Assembly: GCA_964019425.1 (NCBI GenBank)
Contig: OZ025783.1
Location: 62,001 to 126,000, forward strand
DNA: 64,000 nucleotides
Source: Flectonema sp. DT1601
Taxonomy: Eukaryota
Direction: 5' to 3'
Part shown: in pieces, positions 14,701 through 28,512 of the stretch
Layout of the letters: every line of letters begins with the position of its first letter
Numbering within the stretch: position 1 is the stretch's first letter
Position numbers and translations under genes: made by a program
Notes under the pieces: generated by a model
Databases searched by the model: none
The model's input: only the letters and a program-made list of their open reading frames with translations
What the model was told of the DNA's origin: nothing

Positions 14701-17700
14701 AGGCGGACAGTATCATTAAAGAAAGGAGGATAACAATGACTTTGCTGTTTATTGACACAGACTAATGACGTCCTTCATATTTCAAAAAAATGTAACACAC
14801 GCGTGAAGTAAATCATTTATTTATTTATTTTTTTTTTTATACTCGCTATTCAATTGTAATAAAGGAAATTAAAACCAAACCAAAAAGAGAAAAGATGAAA
14901 AAAAAAAAAAAAGAAAAGAAACGCGTTTGATAGCATGAATGCCTGAGCGTATAACACACAAATCTCTTCTGCATCGCGTTTCCGTTCCACTGCGTTACTA
15001 TATCGCCGCTACCACATGACAAACTTTTTTTTCCTTTTTCAGTTGGCTGCAGAAGGAAGTGCGTTGGCAATGTCCAAGCATTGCAGGAAGAGGCGGACTC
15101 CGCTTCCTTCCGCCACGTACTGCGCTTACAAAAAAAAAAAAAAAAAAAAAAAAAGTTTGTTCTTTGCGTGTCTCCCTCTAGCGTGTTAAAATGATCCGCC
15201 CAAGCCGAGCCATTATTGATTGGGCTCGCTCTGCTGGAGTTTGATGCGTGAGTGCGCTGGTTCGCGTTTTGTTCTATTCGCAAATCACAAGAAAAAATAA
15301 TATGAAAATTTCAAAAAGGATTAAAAAATTATTTTTTTTTTTTTTTTTATTATGTCTTCTTTTAGTACTTGTATTGTTTTGTATTCTCTCTCAACCCAGT
15401 ACAAATAATTGCCTCCGGAAAAAACTATAAAAAAATTAAGACTTGTAAAATAAAAATTATCAGAAAAAAAAGTTTTTGGCACAGAGACTAACGGGGAGAG
15501 ATTAAGTATTTTTTTTTTTTTTTTTTTTGCTTGTTTTTTTTCATTCTTATTCAGGTGATCATTCAATGTCTTATGGCAGGGTTAGGTAACCCTACTTTAT
15601 AATATCGACATCGGACGAACCACTGAGTTTTATATTTGCATCCCTGAACAGAGGTAGATAGTTACTGCAAATTAATTCAGTGGAAATAACTGAGCATGTA
15701 CTACCTGTGTTGGTGCCCGATATGTTGTTTCAAATTACAGAAATGGAACAATAGGATTGTTTACCTACGAATTGAAAGAGATAAATGGAAAAAAATAAAT
15801 GATCGGTTGAAAATTAGGCAGGCTTTCTTCGTGGAACTCTCCATTACCGATTTACTTACTGCGCCACTATAATGGCGTTACAGAATGCAAAGTAACTGCT
15901 GTTGAAGTCATCGCTGCTGAAAGCTTCTTCACAAATTAATAAATTGGATTCCTCAACACAATACACTTCTACTCTTCGGTATTGTATCGTAGCGAAGTGC
16001 AACAACACTTCCAAACTTTTACATCTCACAAGAAGGGGAAGCGGAGTAGCCGCATTATTTAGCCAATCGTTAAACAGTAACAAACATATCAGAAGGGAAG
16101 TAAGAAAATAAGTCGGGAGGAAAAAGGGGGCTTTTTTGTTAGTAATTATAATTTACTAACTAATTGTTTGTGATAAACAAAAAGAGGACTAATCGGGAGG
16201 CGGATCTTCTTAACCGCAAAGTCATGCAACCGATTAAACAGCCAAGTCACATGAAAACGGCTAGACTTTTGTAGAGAGAGTAAACAGATAGAATGTCGTG
16301 AAAAAAAAAAAACTGACGGCAGTCATAGAACAAATATTATTAGAAGCTACCAGAAAGACCAGTTTCTGAAATACGTCAAAACGCGTATTTCTCAAAAAGG
16401 TTCCCCGCACTTGCTTCTCGTTTGGTTGAATTTAAAAATAGTAAAAAAAAAAAAAAAAAAAAGGGTTTTTTAAGAACGTAAGACGCGGAAATAGTTAACC
16501 CACAATTGCGGGAACTACTTTTTTGCATCTTTCCGAAAAGAAAAAAGGGATGAAAACTACTTATTCTGAACAACTGTAAAACACGAAGGAAAAAAAAAAA
16601 AAAAAAAAAAAAAGATATGCTTTACCTGTGCGAGCATTTCTTTCATGGTTTGCAACAGATCGATTGTTTAGTGCAGTAGTCAAGAATGACAGCTAGAGAA
16701 AATAAATAAATAAAATGAATAATAAAATTAAAGAGACCATGTGATGTCAAATTTTAATTGGTACTTGAGAAAAATACATCTTACCAAAAGAGATTTGGAA
16801 GAAAAAAAGAGGGAAAAAAAAGAGCAAAATGTTTTTTTTTTGTTGCCATTTTCATAATGTTGGCTGCAAGTACCGTTTGCAATGGTAAAAAAAAACCCTT
16901 AATTCCACGCAAATGTTGCTGAAATGTCGGATTTCAACAGAACAGTTTCCGAAACAGCATTTTCAGTAGAAAACCACAATCCGGTACGTTAAATCCAATA
17001 ACGATGTATTCGTAATTCTTGTTTAGTTGCCGCAAGTGCTTTCACAACAACAAAAAACCCAGTAAACAAATTTTTATGTGTGGAGCTGTCCATTTCGGAA
17101 CTTTTGTGTTTGAAATCCGATATTCCGCAAACTTCTACGTGGAATTATAGTTCTTTCCTTTTTTTTTTTTTTTTTTTTTCCCTTACTCAATAAGACAATT
17201 TTAAGGTACCACTGCGCGGTTAATAGAAGAAAATTAGGTGCTGGGTGAAGAAGCAATAAAAGGCGAATGCGTAAGTGCAAAAACAAGAGGGCACTTACTT
17301 GTAGCACAAATGTTGCTTTTTTTTTTTTTTTTTTTGTTTCCTTATTCTTTCGAAATTTTTTTTATTTTTTTGCTTAAAAAAAGTTGACCATACAACAGTT
17401 AGCTGCAACTCAAAGCCACAATCAAGAAAGAAGAAGAAGAACAATAATAAAATAAAATAAATAAACGATGATCCAAAACTAATTTTTCTATTCTTTTCTC
17501 ACTAATGAACAGCCGCAACGGAGCTTAAGGGGAGAGAAAAAAATAAATGATTGGAAAAAAAACAGAGAAAACTCTTTAATGAATGTGATAGATTTCAAAG
17601 CGGAAAGTTCACTTCAATACCCATCGAGAGAAAAAAACATATAAATAAATAGAAAAAAAAAAAAAAGGAAAAAAACAGCTGTTTATGAAAACAGTTGTTA

Positions 17701-18241
17701 TAAAAGACCCTGAGGATGAATTAGATTTTTTTTTTTTTTTTTTTTTTTTTTTCCAAGAAGAAGATAATAACAAAAAAAAAAAAATATGTATAAAGAAAAA
17801 CACAGACATGGAATCTATAAGTTTTGGCTATGGAAAGCAGCCAATTTCGGCAACCCCACAGAAAAAGAAAATAAAAACAATAAACCATCAACATCTTTGA
17901 AAGAGCAATAAACAGTTTTTCCCGCCTTTTGTAAGCCGAAAACTGTATTGAAGCATTTCTAGCAAAACGCAGGAACAAGAAATTAAAGTTGGCAGATTTA
18001 TAAAATAGGAATCCCTATTGATTTATTTATTTTTCCGAGTTTAGAACTGTTTTGTGGTATGGCTGACGGTTCATCATGAACCACGAGTACCAAAAAGAAA
18101 AACAGCGATATGATATCCGTATCTTTTTAACGAGAATCGGAATAAAGATCAGGTGACAACAAAAAAAGAAGAATACAATCACTTAACCCAAATTAGGAAA
18201 CCGAAGGGGAAAAGAAAAAAATAAGCAATATGAACTTCAAA

Positions 18242-18272
<31 letters not shown>

Positions 18273-20962
18273 CCCGCTTGCGTTCTATGAGAATTTAGTC
18301 AAGAGATGAAGGCAACTACATATTTATGTTTTTTTTTTTTTTTTTTTTCTGGGTTACTTTACTAACTTAATAAGAACAAGGATTAATAATAATGCACCAA
18401 ATACATTAACACTACTGTGGGAGATGCGTCACCAAAAAAAAAAGCACGAACGAACAGAAATCAGGGGAGGGAACATTTATTGAAGTTTTTTCTGAGTGAA
18501 CAAAAAGGGGAAAAAAAAAGACGGAAAGCATTTTTGCATCCGTCACTTTGACTAATGTTTTTACAAACTTTTCACAAATAGTCCAACTAGCCAAGAAGAC
18601 AACAAAAAAAAAAAAAAAAACCTACCGTCCGCAGGGAAATTATTATATTCGTTGTTTCTCACTGCAAAAAAAAAAAAAAAAAAAACAACCAAGAAGATAC
18701 CAAAATCGTGATATGTAAAGACTAATAAATGGGAGTTTGATAATGGCAACCAGACAACAGTCATTTTCAACAAGGTGAATGTAACTTACCTATCAAAGTT
18801 CCAAAATCGTGATATGTAGAAGACCAATACAAAATACCAAGTTGATGATAAAGTGCAACGGGAAAAAAAGGAAAACAGACAAGAAAGAGAACGAGAAAGG
18901 AATTAATTCTACTTTCAAACAAGGTATCAAAAAAAGGGTGGCGATTTTGTACGAGGGAAGGAGGGCAACATAAAAGAGCAGACTCTGTATTCGGTTTTTT
19001 TTTTTTTTTTTTGTAGTAGTGATACCATATATGAAAAAAAAAAAAAAAAAAGTGTCCTTATATTCCGAACATAAACTTAACACTGTCGGACGAACCCTAC
19101 TTCCAGGTAGCCAGATTGCTTGTTACACTTATAGGAAAACGGAGACTTGTGGCACTGCTGTTACGAAGACAACGTTATAAAACACTGTAATCCACACCAA
19201 TACCGTTATTGTCATCTAAATTACATTTTCTTACAAGTGAATGCTCTGTGGAGGGTGTAGAATCCCACCACATAATTTATAAATAATAGCTACCAGTGTC
19301 AATTATGTTTTTGTACATCGTACTTTCGAAAAGGGAAAAAAAAAAAAAAAAAAAAGAAAATGTATTGAGATTCAACCAGAAGTTGAATAGAGGATGGCGC
19401 CAACAATAAACACAAACCAAAAAAAAAAAAAGAAAAAACGAACTTATGAGTGCGATATTGTGACTGAAGTACTGATAAAAACGCTCCGCAAAGGTGGGAT
19501 AAAGGAGGAAATGGTGACAGGAGCAAGAAGCATAAAAAAATGAACGAAAAAAAGACTTGAAAAACACAGTGGATCCGTTGGTTAGATGCGGTTGTGTTTC
19601 CCAACTGTAATGTGTTTGTTCTCATCTTTCTTGTTGCCAGTCGTCTGTCTGTTCTGTGGGGAATGGGGGCGGGAGAATTCCCAAACTTCCCCTTCCACCC
19701 AATGGGGTGAGAGTGTGATTTAAATGGGAGAGGTATAATAAGATACTTAATCGAGTTCAAAGGAACAACACGTCTTCAAACAATCTTGGGGAGGGGAGGA
19801 AACAAACATAAAATAAATAACTTTTGAAAGGTCAGGACAAGCTAGGGAAGCTAAGCAATTTTATTCACATCAGCAAGTCCACTATTTTCGCAAAAAGAAA
19901 TTAAAAAAAGAAGTCAGAACAAGCAAGTCAGTCAGGAAGTAGAACGTTACCAATAAAGACAAATCAAAAGAGGAAACGAACGCCTGCTGTGCTTTATTGG
20001 AAGGAAATGAAATATGAAACTGTTCATCACCTGCAAGAGAACGAAGAAGCAAGTGGGGAACATCAGTAACAAGCACGTAACCACATCAAACACAGTCAGC
20101 CGCTAGCATCCAAAAGAAGCACCACTCTTATTACGCTGTAGCTTTATAGAAAAGTGGGACCAAAACGCTGCAGTTACGACTCCTCAGCCTGTGTTTCAAT
20201 ATCATTACGTCTGATTCTCGGGCACTGCATGAACTCTTGTGAAATACTTTCACAAGTGCGCGCATCAATACAGAACATTGCGTGATGTCTATTTCCACCG
20301 GTTTAGGTAAAAATGCATCCAAACTGAAAAACCCAAATAAAATATCAATACTGATCTTAGTAGTTCCGCGACAGCGGACTTATCTAAACAATTATCTTTG
20401 TGTTGTTGTTCTAGTTGTATTCATTGCTGCAGAAGCACTGAGATGTGCTTTCCCACAAGGCTGCTGAAAGAGCTAATGCTCTTTCACAAGCTCCGATGTA
20501 TTCGCGGATATAGTATGGGGATATTAATGGAAGATGAGAACAAAAAAAGCCCTCCCCGTATACTTCAAGACCACCAGTGGTAAACTATTCTTTCTAGGTA
20601 AGGACAATGATTGTATTTCTTACACTTTTTCTTCCCCGTCTTTTCTTTTTATTCTTTTCCCGCTCCCCTGCTTTTTTTTCTTTTTTTTTCTTCTCCCTTG
20701 CATATCTAGTTGCAAAAAATATTAAAAAAAAGTAATAAACAGGAAGAGTTGGGGGGGAAAAATAAAAAAGAAACGAGGGGAAAAAAAAAAAAAAAAGAGA
20801 GGGGGAAAAAAAAAGGCAAGGAAAGACATAATGAAAAAACGTAATAGAAATCTGAGGTTCGCCTCCTTCTTGTTATACGATGGATAATTCATCTATTGTG
20901 GTTCATAATACACAACGTACAACCAATACTAGCTCTGTTGATGTTGAGCTTTAGCGAAAACC

Positions 20963-21017
20963 AGAGAGAGAGAGAGATCGAGAGAGAAAGAGAGAGAAAG
21001 AGAGAGAAAGAGAGAGA
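20963..21017. repeat. (GA)n / GAGAGAGAAA purine microsatellite
   Basis: Direct reading of the tandem units. Confidence 0.9.
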
Positions 21018-24000
21018 AAAGGAATAACGAGGAAGACTAGAATGATGAGGCAAAGAAAAGCTCGTCTTCGTGTCGTTTTTTTTTCTATCGGGGAAATGAC
21101 AGAAAAAGTCTAAAAAACATAAATTTGCGTCAAAAATAATGGAAAGAAAAACGCAACATCTGGGGGAGAGAAAAAAAAGAAAAGAAAAACTGAAATGGAA
21201 AAAAGTCCACCACTAAAAATTGAAAAAAGGTAAAATGGAAGAAAGAAGAACTTCGCGAGTAGCTCATTTCATGTCGTACTTCTTCGACACAATATTTCTT
21301 GTTGCCTAATAATTTTCTGTACGAACCGTGCTTGCTTCACCCGCTATAGAGAAAAGAGAGACTCAAGGGCGGGTACACTCCACGATTAAAAAAAAAAAAA
21401 AACAGTGCACCCGCTCCACATGTCTTTTCGGAATCTTGTAAAAAATAGCTGCGAGTACTGATTGGCACAGCACGTTGAAAGTCAAAGCGAAGTTTTTTTT
21501 TTTTTGCACCGACGTAGTCGGTATTCAGATTGAAGTCCAATATTTCTTACGGTCATCAACAAAATATAAGACTAAATCTGAATGGTTTTTTTTTTTTTTT
21601 CTTTTTAAAATAAACAGTGGCGGAATGTAAATGTCACAGCACACTAAGAACTGGTCATGAAATGTGAAATCTGGTAATTGTATCCAGCAAGAAGGAAATC
21701 GGCATAAAGACGAACATCATCTCTGAGATTTACTTTTTTTTTTTTTGCACTTACTTAGGTAGTCGCAGGGGGGTTAAAAAAAACAAATGAATAAATAGAA
21801 AACAACATAACAAAAATATATAAAAAAACAAAAGGAAAAAAAAATATTTCTCCCCTGCACTGAAACATTCATGTGGCTGATCGATGGGCATCGAAGTTGG
21901 ACGCTCAGCTACTGCATGTGCAAGAGCACCGAGCACTTAGAAGGAATAGAATAATAGTAATCTACAGGAAATTAGTCGAAATGATAACTACAGTCCTGCA
22001 GCATCCTAACAAAACTGCGAAAAAATAATTTAAAAAAAGGGAATAGATTGCTTTGTTTATAAGTTATAAGTCGAATACCAGAACAGCTGAATGCACACAA
22101 CAGAAGCTGTCATTCAATCGACTTTACTAGCGAGAGACCAGAACTCAACAAGCACGTAGGGTATCTCAAATACAAGAAACCAGAGTAATGGGGGAAAAAA
22201 AAAAAATAATTAAGAAAAAAAAGAAAAAAAAAGAATATAAAAACGTCATAGTTTTTTTCCTCTTAAAATGCAGAACCATCCACAAAAGAGGTCTAAAATT
22301 GAAAAAAACAATGTCTTCTGCTATTAATATCGCAAACTACTAACTAATCGAGCTGCGTTGACAGTATCCGATTCTCAAGGCAATTTCTAACATGCCTTGC
22401 TTATAAACAGTCAGGCAGATTTACAAGCGGCATGTGTAAGAAAACAACAATGTGGTAAAACACACTATTTAAGACACCTATAACTAACTAATTTCATCTT
22501 ACACTGAGTATAAAATACTTCCAACAAAAAAGAACAGAATTATTATTTATACATGTTGTTAATATGTACTAAACGTAAAACTACAGCTACTAAATTTGTT
22601 AGTTTCGTTAGTCAACACATTCTTAAATTACAAAAAGAAGTCAAGTATTAGAAGCCAGTAGTAGGGTCGGGGAAATGTGAATAAATAAAATCTCATTTTT
22701 TTTCTATCACACAAGATTGCTACCATCTGCATAAACGGAAATCGTTCACACAGAGAAGGGAAGCGTGGTTTTTTTTTATTATTTTTATTTAATTTTTTAT
22801 AATTTTTTTTTTTTTTTTTTAAAAAAAAACGTTGTGTGAGTTGGGTTTTTAGGAGAGACATAACAAAATGTAGTGAAGTGAATAATATAAATTATGAGAG
22901 ACTTTCAGCACTACTTCCCAACGTAGAGAAACCATTCAAAGATTAGAAAAGAAAGGATGCGCTTGGCAGTCAATCACAAAAACTGAGTGGTGAGAGGTCT
23001 TGTTTTTGTAGTAAGAATGTTTATTTAAGAAGTGAGCCTTCAAAAAAATAAAAAAAAAAGAGAAATCCATAAAAGCACTGCTAACTACTCCCATCTTCTT
23101 CCTTTCCTTTTTTCTTTTTTTTTTTTCCTTCTTTTAAGAAAAAAAAAAAGACTATGCGGTGCTTGCTGTTGCCACGCCAGGAAAGCACAAATAAGAAATT
23201 TGCGGGAAAAAAAAAAGGGAAGAAAAAAAAAAAGGAACAAGAAAAAATTAACAACATTTAGCATTGCCAGTTATATTCCCATGTAGAAACATAGAAATTC
23301 TTTTTTTTTGAGATTTTTTTTTCTTTTTTGAGAGCGTAATAATTAGGAACTATGAAATTACTTTTTATTATTATTTGTTGTGCTGACTTCGACCATTCGA
23401 ACGAAGAAGCTCAAAAAAAAAAAAAGAACATCAATTCAAAGACCAAATCATTTTTACAAAAACGTTTTTTCTTTATCTTTTCGTGTTATAAGGTACATGA
23501 AAATAATCTGCTCTTCTTTTTTTTTAAATTTTTTTTATTTTATTTTGTTTTCTACTGGTAATTTCCCCCCCTATATGTGGGGTATGATAAAGTTACCTGG
23601 AGTGATGGAATAACCCAATTGTAACCAATAAGAAACTTCGTACTTAATACGAACTTTATAAAAATAAAAACATTCCAAACAAAAAATGAATGTAATGTAA
23701 CAAACGGAGAAGACAGTACCGTGTGTGAGATTACTTTTGTAACGGGTGAATAAGGGGGGTGAAACTTTGAAAATGTAAAAAAACAGTAACAACTTTTTTT
23801 TTTTGGGTGAAATAAGAAAAAAAAAAAAAAAAAAAAGTTGTCTCATAAATTTTAGTTATTTCCCATTCTTTTTCTTTTTTTTTTTTTTTTTTAAATAAAA
23901 TCAACAAAAAGAATATTTACAAGAGGGCACGGTGGGAAATACTGCCAAAGGAAGTTTATCACATACACATAGCTAATCGGGAGATGAGCTTTTTTTGTTG

Positions 24001-27000
24001 TGCTGAAAAAGGTAGAGCAGACTGATGCTACAAAAGAATAAATATGAAAAAAATTATAAGAGAAAATTTATAAAAAAAATCTGCTGTTATCCGTTTCTGG
24101 AGGAACAGGACGTCAAGTTCACCAGTGACTCAATTCAACCTTTTTTTTGATACAAAAAGACCAAAAAAGGTTGAGAAGAAAAAAAGAAAAAAATGAGAAT
24201 AATTCCGCATTTTAAGGAAAAATAAAACCTTCCTCCATTTACACGAAAGAATAACAAAAAAAAAAAAACAACAACAATTTTTTTTTTTACAATAATTTGA
24301 AAGAAAAGAGGAGGAAAAAAAAAACGAAAAAAAAAAAAACGGGGTTGGTGTTAAAAAAAATGTGAAAAAAAAAAAAAAAAAAAAGGTTGAAAGTGGTAGA
24401 GTGAAAGTATCAACCACAAAAATCGCCTTTTCGTTACTTCATTACACACAAAAAATGATATTTTCTCAAAGAATCCCTTTGCAAATCAGTACCAATGAAG
24501 ACAAGCGTAAGCCCATCACAATTATTAAATGTAAGTAACCATAAGAGACTTACTAAAGAAGCAAAAAACTATATCACATCAACAGCATGCAACATGAGCT
24601 CCTTTTTTTTTTTTTTTTTTTTAAATTTTTGAGGTCGAAGTTCAAACAACAAACATCATTGATAATAATAATAATAGAATTCAGGGAGTTAAAAACCAAA
24701 AAAAAAAAAAAAACATTTTATTCGTATAAAAGAGGAAGAAGAGAAAAAAATAATGGGCCCAGACAATTCTATACAGACGCGAGTCCCAGGAAAGGAAAGC
24801 ACAAATCCAAAAAGAAACAACCAACACGAAAGCCGTGTGCTAACAAACAGTGATACCGCCATGAAAAAGTCGGGCACTAACACTATTCTTATTGCGGGAC
24901 AGAGTAGGGAGCAAAATGAACACATTGGGCTGTGTGACTAAGGGTGGGGGGGGCTTATTGCTTTTTTTGAAAGATGAAAAAGGGGGAAGGGAAGAATATC
25001 GAACCCTTAAGAAAGTATAAAAGGCAGGAAGTGCAAAAAGAAAGCATTAAACAGTAACAAATGATCCCTGCTTGCATACACGGATCCATAAACACACCCA
25101 AAGTGAGCAAGAACGCCAAGTACAGCGAAATCAAACCGCTCTAAGCGTGACCCGAGTCACGCCTTTCCAGAGTGCTGGTTTGTGGAGGGAAACGCGAATA
25201 TGGAGAGTACCGGAATATCTCGCCTCTTGTTCCCATTTCTGCTTAACTAATTGCAAAAAAAAAAAAAAAAAAAAATTCGGGTAAATACAATTATTGATCC
25301 CAACACAGGAGAAAAGGACATTCCTTAAGACGCCTTTTGATCACAGCTAAACTACTAAATTCACTCTGCAGTTGCACCTTATCATAAGCTGTTTGCAAGG
25401 CTGCTTGGTGAACGTTCGAGTAAAACAGATAGACATGAGGTAGTAGAAGAGGAGGGAGAATATGAAAAAGAAAGCGGGTGATTATACGAAAGCAGCAAAG
25501 TAACTAGCAACTTTCAGCACAACCGCGAAAAACAAGTAAAATGAAGTAAATAAAATAATAATAGAGAAATCAGCAACTAAAAAATTAAAAACATAGTATT
25601 AGGTAGGAAATCAACTGATTATTAAGGACTGCTGGTCTCTTCAAGAAGACCCAGCCTTGTAGATCGCTCCGGAAAATGCATGAAGATTTAACCTAAGCAC
25701 AGGTTAAAACCTTCATTCAGCCACTTTGAGGCTCGTTTTAAGCATTTTATGAGGATACATTCTCGCAACGAAGAGAAAGAAAATTCACGGGTGAGATTGA
25801 AGGGAGGAGTCTATCAAAAGTGTTTTGAACAAGAAAAGACAAATCAAATCTTCTTCGGGAAAAAAGAAAATAACTAAACAGAAGCAACAACAACAAAAGT
25901 TAGTTAGTTAAAATATCCAAAGAAAACCACTCTAGAAGGGTAACTCACACCGATTCCTAAGTAGCAGCTTTGAGCTGCTGCATGAGCATCACAAGTTTTT
26001 TTTTTTTTTTTTTCCGTCACGCAGAAAAAAAAAAAAAAAATAATAATAACAAATAAATAATTTTGAAAAAAAATATGAAAAATAAAAAAAACAGTTGTTC
26101 AGGGTGAGGTGTTCTAACAGAACAAAGAAAAAAAAAATAGAAAAATGGAAGGGACAAACAGAAAGAAAATGTAGGAATTTAAAAAGATTCCATTTCTTTC
26201 ATCATCCTTCCCGTGGGATTCTTCCGTTTCAAAGCAGAAGGGAACAAGAAAATGTGATCAAAAAAAAAAATTAAAAAAAAGTAAAGAAATCAAAAGGCTT
26301 AGATGCCCGTTGAAAAAATAATGAACCTCTCGGTATGCAAGGAAGAAAAAAAAAAATCTTTTGCCTAGGTAGGGCTGGTAAGCTGCAAAGGCAGCTACAG
26401 GGCTACTGAGACATGGTTTATAAAAGTTAATGCAACACCTCGTATGGTCGACAGAAAACAGTCGCAAAAAGTTTTTTTTTTTTTAAAAAGTAAAGGGGAA
26501 AATAAACTAGCACACAACGCACCAACCTTCTCTTTTCGTTTTTTTTTTTTTTTTTTTGCATATTTCAGCGCCGCTGCATACAGACACTTGCAGCAAGAAA
26601 AATTTTCTTTTTTTTCTTCCTTTTTTATTTGTTGATTGAGATTACGGAAGGATGGCAAAAAAAAATGAAATGTGCCTCTTATACAACCAGTTACTTTTTT
26701 TTTTTTTTTTTTTTTTGATCATTTCTGTTTCTATTCTATTATTTTCTTTTTTTTTGCGAGGTATGAAGCCTAAAAGAATAACGGCCAAAAAAAAAATTTG
26801 TTTTTTTTTTGCTGTTGGCTGTACCGTTGTAAATTGAATTCGAGGCCATCTCGGCACCCGGTGTTTGCCATTGCAAACCTGCAAGGAAATTTATACTAAA
26901 ATATGTTGCGCAACCAAAATAAGAAAGGCTACGCTTGTGTTTCTGCTTGTTCTGGGGAGTGGAAGCTAAGTGATTGCACTGCCCCATGCGTAATGAGGGC

Positions 27001-27519
27001 GTTTTCTTTATGTTTTCTTCTTATATTCTGGTGTTTGTTTTTGTTATTTAAATTATTTTTTTTATCATTTTCGTTTATGCTTTTTTTTTTTTTTTTTTTA
27101 ATTTAGTATTTACGCTTCTCTTCGATTCCGCATTCAGCGGAGCGGAACGAAGAAGCTATAGTATGAAATTAGTTCGTTCTATTTTTATTTTTTTATAGTC
27201 AGGTAGCAGATATTCATAAGTCGAATACGCACCCGACATAAGTACAAGAAATTTATTCTTGCTTTATCGTCACTCCGTAATATCAACATACAATCGTATC
27301 CAACCAGCTCCCCTTTTATATAATAAAAGATTTGAAGAAAATGACAAAGAAGGAAATAGAAAAGGGGAGCATCGGTGGGTAAAAACTGTAGTTTTTTTTT
27401 TCCGACGTGCGCAATGTTTTTTTTTTTGTTTTTTTTTTATAATTATTCAGAGTACTAAATTAAGTAAAGCACCACTTGAACGAACTAATCAGTTCGAAAG
27501 ATAATCTTTTTGAGATCTC

Positions 27520-27906
27520 CTAGTTGAGGACAAGCTTAACACTGAACTCACTTGAGTACGGGTCGTGTCTGTAGAAACGAGTCTCCTTAAGAGTGACGCA
27601 CGTATCTGGAATCTTGATGCAAAGACTGTGTTTTGCTGAGAACTTCTTCATTTTTGGGTGCATGAGTCTGGCATCCTCAACCTCCTCAGCATCTTCATCT
27701 TCCTCAACATCTGTTTCCTCTTCATCAGTGCTGGGCACTGAAAGCATATCACACGCAGAGTTAACAACTGAAACTAGTTCATCGCTCTGACTGCACTCCT
27801 CATCAACAACTTCTTCAAAAGCTGAACAAACTTCCTTTACTGCGTACGGGTCATAGGTCCAGCATGCGGTACCGACTACGTTAACGTTGGAAAAAGCAGT
27901 TTGCAT
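27520..27906 (-). CDS. 128-aa acidic protein with WTYDPY and YRHDPY motifs (putative MKT1-binding post-transcriptional regulator)
   Basis: Clean ORF with coding-like composition and an acidic central tract; YRHDPY matches the trypanosome MKT1-interaction motif (H/N)(D/N)PY. Confidence 0.8.
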   Translation of the reverse strand: MQTAFSNVNVVGTACWTYDPYAVKEVCSAFEEVVDEECSQSDELVSVVNSACDMLSVPSTDEEETDVEEDEDAEEVEDARLMHPKMKKFSAKHSLCIKIPDTCVTLKETRFYRHDPYSSEFSVKLVLN

Positions 27907-28512
27907 TGTGATGGGCGTTTTGTAATATAACGAACTGCATGGAGAGAATAAAAAATAAATAATGTAATCACAGTAGGAATATAAGAAGATAGAAAAGTTT
28001 AACTTATTTGATAAGCTTCACATCTTTATTTGGTTAACTCTGTTGGAGGGGGAGGAGTGGAAGATTTAAATTTTATAATTATTAATAAAAATAAAAAAAA
28101 TAATAATAATAATTTTCCCCAAAACAGACTATTCTGTAATATATATCGCAGAACCTAAAACCCCAACATAGAAAAAAAAAAAAAAAAAAAAGTAAAAACA
28201 AGAAAAATGTTTACTCAGTCTGTTGTACCCTACATTGCAATCAGAGAAAGATACTATATCACACAACACGGTTTCTACGGGGTATTCCGATTTTAATTTT
28301 TTTCCCCCCTCCAGGAACAAGAAAAAGAGTCAAAAACACAAAAGATTTTTATACCAGCTTTATAATCGAGGGTAGAAGCGATGAGATAAATGCATCTGTG
28401 CTTACGCTAATTAGTTTTAAAAAAAAATAATTAAAAAAAAAACCTTCTCAAAAGACATTAAATTTGTAGCAAGGGATTGGGGGTTAGGAAGGAGGTAGTT
28501 TTAAAATGGATT

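Noticed and set aside
15856..16083. 75-aa minus-strand frame ending at a GTAAGT donor-like site
   Set aside because: No clear acceptor or ATG; GTAAGT occurs in this tract at roughly the frequency expected from base composition
20131..20322. DAFLPKPV resembles the end of a response-regulator receiver domain
   Set aside because: Only 8 residues, TTG start, and no upstream exon encoding the rest of the domain found
24985..25015. GGTTCGA (tRNA T-loop / B-box-like) on the minus strand
   Set aside because: No proper T-stem or cloverleaf
1832..27504. Dozens of 60-150-aa ORFs rich in poly-Phe/poly-Lys
   Set aside because: Products of homopolymer tracts, many with non-ATG starts and no domain signal
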